A stretch of 64,000 bases of DNA from Candidatus Uhrbacteria bacterium CG10_big_fil_rev_8_21_14_0_10_48_11. GTDB lineage: Bacteria > Patescibacteriota > Patescibacteriia > GWA2-46-9. The position numbers and the translations under genes were made by a program. Position 1 is the first letter of the stretch; every line of letters begins with the position of its first letter. Positions 8,966 to 19,400 of this stretch are shown here, in pieces. The stretch lies in NCBI GenBank assembly GCA_002793855.1, contig PFET01000001.1, forward strand, positions 19,520-83,519, given 5' to 3'. A model generated the notes under the pieces. That model did no database searches. It was not told the DNA's origin and was given only the letters and a program-made list of their open reading frames with translations.

Positions 8966-9660
8966 TGCATTGATGAAGTTATGCCGGCACTGTCAATTTG
9001 CAGCAGTTTAAGGTCGACTAGCGGCGCCAGTTTTGCCAGCTCGGGGTTATAGGTTGCGTAGTACAGTTCAACCAAAGACTGCGTGTCCAAAAGTGCGATT
9101 TCCAGACTGAGCGAATTAAGACCGCTCGCGACATGATCGGCGCGCTGCATCAGTTCATGACGATTTCGACGAAAACGATCTTGGCTCAGGTGAATGAGCG
9201 CGTCAGGATGAAGCACTTCGCGCATGCGTTGGAAAAAAGTTTTCTTCCTATCCGCGCCCGGGTTGTAAGGTACAACGACATAGAATCGTTTGTTCATAAT
9301 TTCACCCAGCTCAACCAGTTCACGAATGAACTGCCGGTACTGCGTCGTTTGAATACGCAATAGCTCATTGGTCTGCTGCTTCTCAATATCTGCCAAGTGA
9401 TCAAGATAGCCGGCTATATTCAGTCGACGAGACTGCACCACAATCTGTAGAGGAAAATCAATAGAGTTCAAAAAACTCATGTAGCCCTGAATAATTGCTT
9501 GCTGCTCGTCATCAGATTTTAGGGCAAAGTTGATAGACGAAACCAGCATGACGGCTCGCAGAGTCCCATCTTTCAACACAGCAACATCCTCTCGGATTTC
9601 TGAAATTTCCAAGAGGTGCTGGGTACTTATGGTTGTTTTGTTCGCTTTTCTTTTTGCCAC
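8962..9660 (-). CDS. VirB4 N-terminal domain encoded as a separate ORF (split VirB4)
   Basis: IREDVAVLKDGTLRAVMLVSSINFALKSDDEQQ matches the conserved N-terminal VirB4 segment. Its TGA overlaps the ATG of the downstream ATPase ORF (ATGA), and an A8 homopolymer lies immediately after the junction. Confidence 0.6.
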   Translation of the reverse strand: MAKRKANKTTISTQHLLEISEIREDVAVLKDGTLRAVMLVSSINFALKSDDEQQAIIQGYMSFLNSIDFPLQIVVQSRRLNIAGYLDHLADIEKQQTNELLRIQTTQYRQFIRELVELGEIMNKRFYVVVPYNPGADRKKTFFQRMREVLHPDALIHLSQDRFRRNRHELMQRADHVASGLNSLSLEIALLDTQSLVELYYATYNPELAKLAPLVDLKLLQIDSAGITSSMQ

Positions 9661-9669
9661 AAAAGCCCG

Positions 9670-10116
9670 TTAGCTGTTCCCTTTTTCTGCGTTGTCACCA
9701 TGGTAAATACCACCAGTATCAACAACGAGAGAAAGCTCAGCGAGTCGCGAGATAGTTGGTGGAGGGCGGCGAGTGGTAACTTTTGAAACACTTGCATCAT
9801 TAATGATCTCGGGAGCCATTTGATCTTGCTTGCCGTATTCTTTTCTCCACACACGTAATCGCGGACGCTGTAAGGTTTGTATTAAATTTAACAGAAAATA
9901 GTGAAAGGGTCGACCATTGATGCGTACAAAAGCGAGTACGATGCCCGATACTACAAATAAGATGGTCAAAATAATGAATAATGAAGTGTCGGCTAGTCGA
10001 TAGCTTAAAAAGACCAAAAAACCAACAACAAGCATAATCAAAAATTGCCGCACTGCAATTGGGCCCAAAATGTGGGACTCTTCGTCAATAAACTGCGGGA
10101 CGACAAATTGCTGCAT
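9670..10116 (-). CDS. small two-TM membrane protein, VirB3-like by size, topology and context
   Basis: 148 aa with two hydrophobic helices (LIMLVVGFLVFLSY, LFIILTILFVVSGIVLAFV), positioned directly upstream of the VirB4 ORFs. Confidence 0.4.
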   Translation of the reverse strand: MQQFVVPQFIDEESHILGPIAVRQFLIMLVVGFLVFLSYRLADTSLFIILTILFVVSGIVLAFVRINGRPFHYFLLNLIQTLQRPRLRVWRKEYGKQDQMAPEIINDASVSKVTTRRPPPTISRLAELSLVVDTGGIYHGDNAEKGNS

Positions 10117-10117
10117 A

Positions 10118-10828
10118 CTATGCCCTTATGGTGCGATTAAAATTTATTAAGGCGAGAAACTCTTCCTTGGTAAATGCCTTTGTCTCTTGTAGCACCGCCT
10201 CAATAGATTTCCCGGTATTCAGAGCGGCGACAATAGTCGTGAGGTGTGCTTGGTACAGTGGGCTCTGCCGCCAAGCACGCAGCGCCGAGGCTGACTGATC
10301 GAAAGATTCTTCACTTAACACCTGAAATTTTTGAGTAAGGCGATCAATCGCTTTTTCAGTAGTTGCGCCAAGATGATGAAATTCGTCTATCGATAAAAAA
10401 CGTAGCTCATCAAGCGGGCCGGATACCACTGGGCGCTGAACATCCACCATATGCCGAACCGCAGGCAAGGTAAACTTACTAGAAACATCCATTATGTTCT
10501 CTGTTATATTTTTTTTGAGCTGTGCGCTTGTTTCCACTTCTGTAGGTACTGACTTTGGAGCGACGGCCTGAGTAAAAGCAAGTGCTCGATCTTTACCGTG
10601 CTCTTGCTCAACTAAACCAGAAGCTGTCTTGTGGTCCTCCAACCGCTGATGAGGGCGATCCTTGCTAACTTGCTCTACTGCTTTTTCTGCTGGTTTATTA
10701 TTTGCCGGTACGTTCTTTTTTGTTTGTACGTATGGCTGCCAAGTATTATCTCGCCAGACTTGCCATTCACCATCTTTTCGACGAACAAGAGTGTCGTTTT
10801 GTAGGCTCATAGCGTTGTATCCATCCAT
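10118..10828 (-). CDS. hypothetical protein (T4SS cluster)
   Basis: Intact 236 aa ORF, hydrophilic, ending in TAG. No motif recognised. Confidence 0.45.
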   Translation of the reverse strand: MDGYNAMSLQNDTLVRRKDGEWQVWRDNTWQPYVQTKKNVPANNKPAEKAVEQVSKDRPHQRLEDHKTASGLVEQEHGKDRALAFTQAVAPKSVPTEVETSAQLKKNITENIMDVSSKFTLPAVRHMVDVQRPVVSGPLDELRFLSIDEFHHLGATTEKAIDRLTQKFQVLSEESFDQSASALRAWRQSPLYQAHLTTIVAALNTGKSIEAVLQETKAFTKEEFLALINFNRTIRA

Positions 10829-12264
10829 TGGTATGACTGCGTAGCTTCATCGAAATAGGCAAGGTAGGGAGTAGCGCTATCTTTTTTTCTAGCAAGTGCA
10901 GTTAATTCTGCTGCGAGGTGGGCGGCTTCGGAAATTTGCATATGCATATGATCCTCAAGCAGCATACGCAGAAAATTACGAAGGTGTTCAGGATAATTTA
11001 AGCCCTCCTGTAATTGTCTCAACATGGTCGCTTTTTCAAGTTTACGATAGCGTGCCGCCAAAAGATTTTTAAACCTTTGATCAGCAAAGATAAAGCTTTC
11101 TAGCTTACCCTGCTCTGCTAATGCATACAATACAGCAGCAACAGGGGCTTGCCGTGACACGTTAAAAGCTGTAAGCAAAGTATCATACAGCTGTTTTGTA
11201 TTGATTTGATTGTTCCGTATTCTTCTTATCTCTTTCCGTACCTCCGCACTTTCAAATAGTGAAGATGTCGCTTTCTCTTCCGCGGCAAGTGCACTCCTCT
11301 CTTTTTGGTGCAACGTACTCTGTTTAAGAACCGTTGAAGTACGTGCGTGTACGTGTTCCGTATCAATCTTATTCTCTTCTTGACCTGCAACCTCACTGCC
11401 TAAGGGAGCTTTACGTAAATCGACCCATTCGTCATTCTCGTCATTTGGCCCACTAGGCGGTTGCTCATCTTCTGGCGTAATTAGTCCAATTTTTTTAAAT
11501 TGGTTAATAAGCCGCTCGACTCGAGGATCAACTTGCTGCACCTGTCCATCCTTAACGGTTACCTCTTTGCCGTCTATGTTTGTGCTAAGTGGTTCCTCCA
11601 GGCCATCCACACTAAACGTGGAACGCTTAAGTCGTTCATATAGATGCAAAAGAAAATGTAATTTTTCTTTTTCTTGCGCAGATATTTTTTTTGTATTGAT
11701 AGAAGAAGATAAATACTCAATTTGCTTAATTGATTCAGCTGGCTGGGCATCCACGTGGCGAACATAGTCACGCAACCAATTCGCAACTGTGGGTAAAACC
11801 TCTTTCTCTTGGATTATCAGTTTATTGCTAGTAATAGTTTCTTGATTCTCCTCAAGAGCATATCTAAGTTTTGCTTTAAACGCGTCTCGTTCGTCATGGG
11901 GATAACGAATAATTAAAATCGCGCGCAGCTGCTCCCACACGTCCAAGTTGGCTGACATGTCCAGAGCAAAAGAAAAATAGGTAGCAAAGAGCCGAATAAT
12001 TTCTTCTTCGGATAACGAACTTAAGGCAAGCCAACTAGCACGTGTAACCAACTCTTTATAGCCATCAATCAATGCGAGAGGCAACAAGTTATTTATCCCT
12101 TTTTCTTCTAGCGCTGGTTTTATATTTTTTATTAACCACTGCGCTTCCTCTACTGCATTAAATTTAAGCACGTCACTAACAAAATGACCCTGCATCTTCC
12201 TGAGTAAGCTTGGATCGTTTAACCAACGGTAGTCAGTATTTACTTGTTTTTTTTCATTAGTCAT
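10807..12264 (-). CDS. hypothetical protein (T4SS cluster)
   Basis: Intact 485 aa ORF with no NTP-binding motif. It overlaps the downstream ORF by 22 nt. Confidence 0.45.
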   Translation of the reverse strand: MTNEKKQVNTDYRWLNDPSLLRKMQGHFVSDVLKFNAVEEAQWLIKNIKPALEEKGINNLLPLALIDGYKELVTRASWLALSSLSEEEIIRLFATYFSFALDMSANLDVWEQLRAILIIRYPHDERDAFKAKLRYALEENQETITSNKLIIQEKEVLPTVANWLRDYVRHVDAQPAESIKQIEYLSSSINTKKISAQEKEKLHFLLHLYERLKRSTFSVDGLEEPLSTNIDGKEVTVKDGQVQQVDPRVERLINQFKKIGLITPEDEQPPSGPNDENDEWVDLRKAPLGSEVAGQEENKIDTEHVHARTSTVLKQSTLHQKERSALAAEEKATSSLFESAEVRKEIRRIRNNQINTKQLYDTLLTAFNVSRQAPVAAVLYALAEQGKLESFIFADQRFKNLLAARYRKLEKATMLRQLQEGLNYPEHLRNFLRMLLEDHMHMQISEAAHLAAELTALARKKDSATPYLAYFDEATQSYQWMDTTL

Positions 12265-12267
12265 ACC

Positions 12268-15200
12268 CTACATTAGAGCGATTGCCTGTGCCTGAAGTCC
12301 TGAGTAGCTTGTTCCAACACCGCGTTTCCTGTAAAACCTCCCCATACGATCAATTGCTTCAGCTAAAGTTTCTCCCGTATCTAGGCTGGCCGTTAACATT
12401 CCTCTCCGTTGCATGTCAAATAGTGCCTCTATATCTTCCGACAGCTTCATAATCAAGCTTGGGTTGACTTCTGCCCTACCCAGACGATAAGCAAAATCAT
12501 CCTGAAACCCAGCAAGAGTTAGTTTACCTGATAAATCAAGGTGGAAGTTACCCCGCGCATCCTCATAACCGTAACCAAGACGGTTATGGTTCTGAATAAA
12601 CTTCCTAGAATCTTGTTTTAGGTTTTCAGTTGCAGCAGCTGCAGCCTGCTCTTCTCTTGTTCGATAGTAGTATCGTCCATTCTTCATACCATACATACGT
12701 GACACGTTGTTATGGTTGTGCGCTTCATTAATGTAGGACATCTCGCTCATCAGTTGCATTGAACCCTGTTTGCCAAAAATTTTCTCTAGCCGATCCTTGC
12801 GGAATTTTTCAGCACCCTCAGGACCACTCGGAAGACCGTTGTCTTTATAAATTTCGTTATCATTATAATCTTCCGCCGCTTTTTTCATGAAGGTACTCAC
12901 TTGAAGCATGTTGCCCTCTTGAATGGCACGCTCCAGAAGGTCGCCCAACTCTTCCCACTCCATAGATTCTCTTGGTAGCTTAGATAGTTCTTGCTGCTCA
13001 AGTGCCCGATATACACGGTCGGCATAAAATGTCTGGGGAACGGGTTCGCTTCTTGCAAGATTCTTATCAGAAAATCTTTTTGCTTGCGCTTTTAGCTGTT
13101 TCCTAATCTTTTCAATATCTTCCTCACTATTATCTTGTTGCGCGTAACCTTTTAGTTCGGCTATTCTAAATCTAGCCTCTTTAATTGCATTTTTATTAAG
13201 GTCTCTGTTTGCATCAATTTCTTTCTGCTCCGCCGGCAACTCCTTAGTAGCAATTATTTTCTCTTTCTTTTTTTGTTCTTCCAAATTATTTAAAAGTGAG
13301 CGCTTTAGGCTTTTCAGTTTGCTGGTTTCGTCGGGATCTCCTGCCGCTTCCTCGATGCGCTTATCGACAGCAACGAGCTTGCGTAACAAATCTTCAATGC
13401 GGGCATCGACTTGTTTCTTTTGATCCTCTGTATAACCACCACGCTGTAAATAGGTGAGTTCTTCTTCTTTTTTGGTCTGTTCTTTTTTGTACTCCTCCTT
13501 TGCTAAAGCTTTCAATTTTTCTTTCTCTTCTAGAGTTTCTTTTCCTGTTTCCCCGTAACCCATTGCTTTCATCTGCTCCGCAACCAAATCTTGAAACACT
13601 GGACTATTGCTAACCAAACTATGCCCTTTTTCTTTAGCGATAGACTCAATAAAGCTTTCAGTCTGCTTCTTGTAATCTTCACGCTCGGGACCACTTATGT
13701 TAGCAACTTTTGCTGGTATTAAAATGCCTCTTTCTGCCATTTGGTCCATTACACTTACCGTCCTCCCAGTCTTATCTCCCTTTGCATCACGCTCCTCTTC
13801 GTAAAGAACAGACTTTAACTCGTCTTGCGTCAAATCGTGCCTTTCGGCAACTTCAGCCAGAGAATGCGTCAATTCATTTTCGATAGTCTTACGACGTGTA
13901 CCGAGTTTGGCGCGGCGCTCCTTGGTAGCTTCTTTAACTTCTTTCTCTTCCATGCCACCCGCACGCATACGTGCTTCAAGAGCGCCAAGTCTATTCGCTC
14001 GCTTCTCAAGTGCCTGCGTTGCCTTAGTAATGGCTTGTTCTTCTTTTGCTATTGCTTGCTGAATCTCGTCCTCATCTTTACCTTCCTTCTTCATCTCTAC
14101 CTTCTTCGCCTGCAAACGTTCAACCCGTTCATTGAGTGTGCTGCGATCTTCGGTGAGGCTCGCTCGTTGATCCTGTGTCAAACTCTGAATGATTTCCTCT
14201 TCGGTGCCACCGCCCAGCAAATCAGCTTCAATGGCTGCAATATCTTTTTCTTCCTCGGTAGCATTTTTCATGTCCTCCTGATATGTCTCCATCGCCGGTA
14301 AAACCTCTGGAAGCGCTGCTTGGACGCCCTTAATTTTTCCCTCAGTAAGTTTTTCTGTAGCCGCTCTAGCCGCAAACACGCGGGCTTCTGCTATAAGTTC
14401 TGGTTCACTCCTTATGGCCTCTGCCTCTTTTACTAGCTCCATCGAACGAATTTTGTCTTCCTCCCCTTCTTTGTATGCTTCTTCACTGTATCGTCCTGGA
14501 TCCCGCAGAGTTCTTCCAAAGCGTTGCCTACCAACTTTACCTTTCATGAAAATTTGCAGGAAATCCTCAGTTGCTCCTAATGCCAGTAGCGCCATACCCA
14601 GTCTTCCGCTTTTCGCTTCCATATACTCTTTATAGTTTGCTGTTGCTTTCCGTTGCCCGATAACCTCGTTCTCTCCCCGTCTTCTTGCAAAATACCCTTT
14701 GGTACCACGAATAAGCCGGCGCGGATCAAGACCCCAACCTTTATTTGCGTATAACGTTGACTCGGCAAAAGAGGCTAGGTCTCCAAGTGCATTGAATGGA
14801 GCAAACGCTGTTTTGACACCGGCGCTCGATAGTTTGCCATAGACGGCACCTGCAATTTTGCCAACTGCGCCGCCGGTTTCCATGGCAAAATACAGCGACA
14901 CCATCAGCATAGCGATTGCCATAATAAAACCAGTTAGGTTTGACTGTGCACCCGCCTCTGTTATACCGATATCGGGGAGTAACGGAGACGTTGGCACTCC
15001 ATCAGCAGTCTCGTCAACACTTACATTCTGAACAAAGCCCTTATCCGTAGAAAGCAAGCTTGGCAGCGTCGCAAGTGACAACCATAGAAAAAAGGCCATC
15101 AACGGGCCAACAATGACATACTTTGAAAACATATCCCACCACTGACTGGCATACTTTTGGCCGATAGGTAAAACAGAAAGTACATAAACCATTGGTGAAA

Positions 15201-16014
15201 AAATAATAAGTAGCCACAAAAAAACGATTCGTACGGCTAGGATGGCCGCAAAGGCGCCTACTACAACTATCGCAACAATGAGATAGACAAGCGCTAGCAA
15301 GTAACCACCCGCTATCGTCCATCCGGCGATCTGCACACCTTCAGTGATACCTGCATCGGAATTAATGCTTAGAATGGATTGTAATTTTAGTGCGCTGGCA
15401 AAATTGCCTGCACCTGCTAACTGATATGCGTTTGCAAACGTCAACATCACAATCTGGGCAAAATCAATGAACAACCCAGCGATAGTTTTGCTGAAATTCA
15501 CAAGGAGGGCCATCAGTAAAACTTTTGGCAGCAGACGTTTTAACTGATACTGTTCGAGGCCAAGAATCGTACCAAAAGAAATCAACAACAAAATCAAAAC
15601 GAAAAACATGTTACCGATATCCCGTACAACGCTCCAGCCCATGCCGACCGCCGGTGATTCGATAAAACCATTATAGGTACCAAGGGTTGTTATGGTCAGT
15701 CCTACCAAAAAGCTTAAAATTTTTCCAAGCAGCGATATAATAATGGCTGCAAGGGCAGAAATAATGAACGGCAACCAGCAAGTCGGATCAAGCCAGCCGC
15801 AGCTTGCTTTCACTTTTTGAGTGCCTGGATCAATAGTGGTAGGTGTTACGGTCGTAATGGTAGCGCTGTCATTCCCCGCAAAAACGGTAGGTGCAAAAAA
15901 TTGAGGCGGCACCGCTTGCTGCAATGTTGGAACTGGTATGCTGGTGACAACAGCAAGCGTAACGAAACCAATAAGTATTTTTTTTATAGAGATGCTATGG
16001 AGCAACATACCCAC
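12268..16014 (-). CDS. VirB6/TrbL-like polytopic membrane protein with a long C-terminal E/K-rich coiled-coil extension
   Basis: The N-terminal ~560 aa contain at least eight hydrophobic helices. They are followed by ~700 aa of charged heptad-like sequence (KEEEL, KKEGKDEDE and similar). It sits between the VirB4/VirB3-like genes and the giant surface protein. Confidence 0.6.
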   Translation of the reverse strand: MGMLLHSISIKKILIGFVTLAVVTSIPVPTLQQAVPPQFFAPTVFAGNDSATITTVTPTTIDPGTQKVKASCGWLDPTCWLPFIISALAAIIISLLGKILSFLVGLTITTLGTYNGFIESPAVGMGWSVVRDIGNMFFVLILLLISFGTILGLEQYQLKRLLPKVLLMALLVNFSKTIAGLFIDFAQIVMLTFANAYQLAGAGNFASALKLQSILSINSDAGITEGVQIAGWTIAGGYLLALVYLIVAIVVVGAFAAILAVRIVFLWLLIIFSPMVYVLSVLPIGQKYASQWWDMFSKYVIVGPLMAFFLWLSLATLPSLLSTDKGFVQNVSVDETADGVPTSPLLPDIGITEAGAQSNLTGFIMAIAMLMVSLYFAMETGGAVGKIAGAVYGKLSSAGVKTAFAPFNALGDLASFAESTLYANKGWGLDPRRLIRGTKGYFARRRGENEVIGQRKATANYKEYMEAKSGRLGMALLALGATEDFLQIFMKGKVGRQRFGRTLRDPGRYSEEAYKEGEEDKIRSMELVKEAEAIRSEPELIAEARVFAARAATEKLTEGKIKGVQAALPEVLPAMETYQEDMKNATEEEKDIAAIEADLLGGGTEEEIIQSLTQDQRASLTEDRSTLNERVERLQAKKVEMKKEGKDEDEIQQAIAKEEQAITKATQALEKRANRLGALEARMRAGGMEEKEVKEATKERRAKLGTRRKTIENELTHSLAEVAERHDLTQDELKSVLYEEERDAKGDKTGRTVSVMDQMAERGILIPAKVANISGPEREDYKKQTESFIESIAKEKGHSLVSNSPVFQDLVAEQMKAMGYGETGKETLEEKEKLKALAKEEYKKEQTKKEEELTYLQRGGYTEDQKKQVDARIEDLLRKLVAVDKRIEEAAGDPDETSKLKSLKRSLLNNLEEQKKKEKIIATKELPAEQKEIDANRDLNKNAIKEARFRIAELKGYAQQDNSEEDIEKIRKQLKAQAKRFSDKNLARSEPVPQTFYADRVYRALEQQELSKLPRESMEWEELGDLLERAIQEGNMLQVSTFMKKAAEDYNDNEIYKDNGLPSGPEGAEKFRKDRLEKIFGKQGSMQLMSEMSYINEAHNHNNVSRMYGMKNGRYYYRTREEQAAAAATENLKQDSRKFIQNHNRLGYGYEDARGNFHLDLSGKLTLAGFQDDFAYRLGRAEVNPSLIMKLSEDIEALFDMQRRGMLTASLDTGETLAEAIDRMGRFYRKRGVGTSYSGLQAQAIALM

Positions 16015-16398
16015 TCAGCTTTTAAGGAGACTTAAGGAGGTATTGATAAAGTCCGATCCTACAGCTGTCGCGACAATAATTACCAATAAAAGAAGCAAAA
16101 ATGGCCAACCAATGGTACTCATAAATGCGGTGACACCTGCTACAATTTCAAGTAATAAAGAAACAACAATCCGTTTCCTGAATTTTTTTTTAATCTGCTC
16201 TTCTACTCCAGAGGTCGCTTTCTTCATACCCTTTCTTGCTCCCTGACCTTTGTCTATGTCTTGTTTGTGATTAGACTCTTGCATTCTGGCGCTTTGCTTG
16301 CTCATACGAAAACGCGCCGCTGACGCTTCTTGTTTGCGGACTTCCTCTTGCTTGCGCGAGAATAAAAGGTTGTCAACGTTTTGTGAAAGCTGTGCCAT
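16015..16398 (-). CDS. small basic protein with a C-terminal ~35 aa hydrophobic hairpin (possible pilin/VirB2-like subunit)
   Basis: 127 aa with a Lys/Gln-rich N-terminus and a C-terminal IVVSLLLEIVAGVTAFMSTIGWPFLLLLLVIIVATAV segment. Confidence 0.35.
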   Translation of the reverse strand: MAQLSQNVDNLLFSRKQEEVRKQEASAARFRMSKQSARMQESNHKQDIDKGQGARKGMKKATSGVEEQIKKKFRKRIVVSLLLEIVAGVTAFMSTIGWPFLLLLLVIIVATAVGSDFINTSLSLLKS

Positions 16399-16404
16399 AG
16401 GTGT

Positions 16405-19400
16405 CTACTGACTAATCGTTATAGCGTCACCGGAAGACTGCCAAGCGGCTGCGTGACTCGCGCTGCAGTCTCCCCTGCCGTCAGTATTTAACTCGTTGTA
16501 GCCAGTTTGCCCAAAGAGAGGATTGCTGTTACCGGTTGACGCGTAAGCGCCATTGCACCATCCCCAGTTATCCAAAATTTGTACGCGTGGTGTCACTTGA
16601 TAGATACCATTCACTATTGTCGTGGTCTTGGCACAGCTTCCCTCTTTGACGCAGCGAGCCACATCATCGTACGAATAACTATGCACGAGCGAGATGGGGT
16701 TTTGGTCCGAAGGGTGGCTCGCAAACTTTAGACCGGTTTGCACCGTTCGTGACCCGTCTCCCCAATCAACAATGTAGCGCACAATTGGTTCCTGTTCAGG
16801 ATTGGCAATGGCCGTAAAACTGAGGGTTACTGACCCCACTTTTGTAATGGTATTGGCCGCTCCTGAAAGTTCTACAACTGGGATAGCCGGTACAACCCCG
16901 CAAATCTCAGATCCAACACGAACATTCAGCGTTGGACCTGAACCACATTGTTCCGTTGGTACTATTAATTCTTTACTGCCGGTTTCGACATACCGATACC
17001 CGTCGGGTGTTGACTGCCACTCCCACACACCATAGCTCTGAACAAAAAGCTGTTGCAATACCTTAACTGCCTTAGTTAAACCATCAGCATAGGTCGACTC
17101 TTGAATCTCATTCAGCATGGCACCACTACTCGAACACTGTGAGCTAAATAATGGCTTATAGGTGCCTATTAATAAGCTGTTAATAGGGTGACAAGAATAT
17201 GGACCACCTGCACGCGCCTGACTTGTGCTGGTTGAAGAAGCTGATGGCTCTGCAAAAAGTGGTTGCACGCCGACAAATGTTGTTGAGTCCCAAGCAAGCG
17301 GATCGTCAGCAGGAAATGGCGGAACAACACTACCGAATGGGGGCGAATCTGTTGTAACCTTATATTCATAATTATCCTCTGCAGACGATTCATAACTAGT
17401 GCCTCTGCCCACCTTTATAGATGCTTGACTACCAGGGGTAACCCGAGATGCATAGGCACGGTTCTGCCCTGCTGAACCGACTGTTTGCATGACTGCGTTA
17501 CAGCTAAACGAAGGTCGCGCCCACAAACCGAGCGGCGTAATGTAGTCATCAGAAGACAATGACTCGATTATCAGGTAGCGGAATGGTCCCGGAATCCGAT
17601 TACCATTACTGTCGACTGCCCAGGCAACGTCAGCCCACATCTCCGCCCAACCATTGTTTGCTTGATCAGGCGAAGGACGATTGCCGAGGGATGGCGGACA
17701 AGCGGCCGATTCACACCATTCATTAATATAGTAGAGGCTACTAAGATCCTTGCTGACGTATATTTTGTATTTGTCATCACCGTCACCACCCTTGTTATTT
17801 TCCATCCAAACGCGAATTTCGCACCCGGCATGAATAAGAGGGGTAGCAGAATCTACCGCGTGGTAGTTTGCGTCGCACTTGCCGGGTTTATCAACAAGAC
17901 CACCTACCGCATATCCTTCAGTTGTTGAGTCCGCATTGCGATAAAGATCAAACACTACTTTTTCGGTTTTGTCTATTTTTCCGCCGTTATATTCAGTTTG
18001 TTGGCCATGTTTGTCTATCTTAAAGTGACTGAAAGTATCAGTTGGAACCGCCGGGCTCTTCTTACCACCCGTGTAATCAGGAACAGTCGAAGCACCAACA
18101 GAAGAATGCAATAAGGTTGCCCAGCCATCAACAACATCTAGACACTGATACAAGGGTATCGGACCTTGGTAACCAACATGGTCCTGTTCCGTATCTTCTC
18201 CAATGATGTTGTCGACCGGCCACCACTGCAAACAGTTGCTACTGTTCTGTGGATCGGGTGTTAAACAATACCCCAATTTCCCGCGATGACGGAGGCCGTT
18301 GTCATCATTGTATTGACAAGAGAGTGACGTCTCTTCTGGGTACAGGCGGCAGGACTGTGATGCATAGCTGTAGTCGAGCGTCTCGATGCCATTTTCGTAA
18401 TCTACGTTCGGAAAATCTGGATCTACATGAAGGATGTCACAAGTATTTCCAGCACCACAATCGTCATCGACTTGGCATAACTTTGTTACATTGTTAGAAC
18501 AATAACGGTATTCATTGCGACGATACTCAAGTGCGGGCTGGAGCTTAATATCGTCTACGTACCAATTACCGGAGCTATTTTCCGTACTGCCTCCTTTGGC
18601 AAACCAGCCGAATTGAAGGCGGATATAACGAGTATCCTCATCAGTAGTGAATTTATCCACTTTTGTGGTCCAGTCAAAACCTGCACCTGTATCGAGAAGA
18701 GCTAAGAATTTACAGGTACCGGCGGTATTACAGGGTACGAGATCACCATTTGTTTTGTACTGAAAGACTCTGATGCCAGCGCTCTTACCCGAGAAATGCA
18801 CCGTGTTGACATCAGCAGACAAAATATAATCTGCTTCGCCAGCGACATTAATTGTTCCGCTATAATTAGCGAGATTGGGTGCTAAACTGTCATCAATAAA
18901 CTGCGGAACATCAGGTACCTTATGGTTAGCATTCACTTCTAAAAACGCCCTGCCTTCTCGTGGGTACAGTATGCCAACAGACTGAGCGCTTACCGGATTA
19001 TTGATGACTCTAAAATTCTGTCCATTACCCCAGCCAACCCAACTCACCGCATTACCTTGTGTGCTTGGTATTTCAAAGTTTGCATTCACGAGTAGCGCTA
19101 ACTGGCCAACTTGCTCCATATAACCCGGACTAATGTAACCCTGAAGTAGCCTTGGTGTGCATTTCCCTGAACCACAATCGGCATCAGTAGTGCAACTCGT
19201 TGACGAATTGTTAGAACAGACATTACCCCAATTAAAACCAACGCTCGAATAACCAGAGCGGTCTTTTAATTGATCGACGGTAGAAGCGGCGTACGTAAGG
19301 TCTTTGTCTGGCTCATCAAGAGTCGTACGTATACATTGACCTTTATCATCGAGCTGTTCGCATCCCTCGACAGCAAGACAGATATTTCGCCTTACACTAT

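Noticed and set aside
13825-14301. 158 aa plus-strand ORF
   Set aside because: Antisense within the VirB6-like gene's coiled-coil region. Low-complexity artefact.
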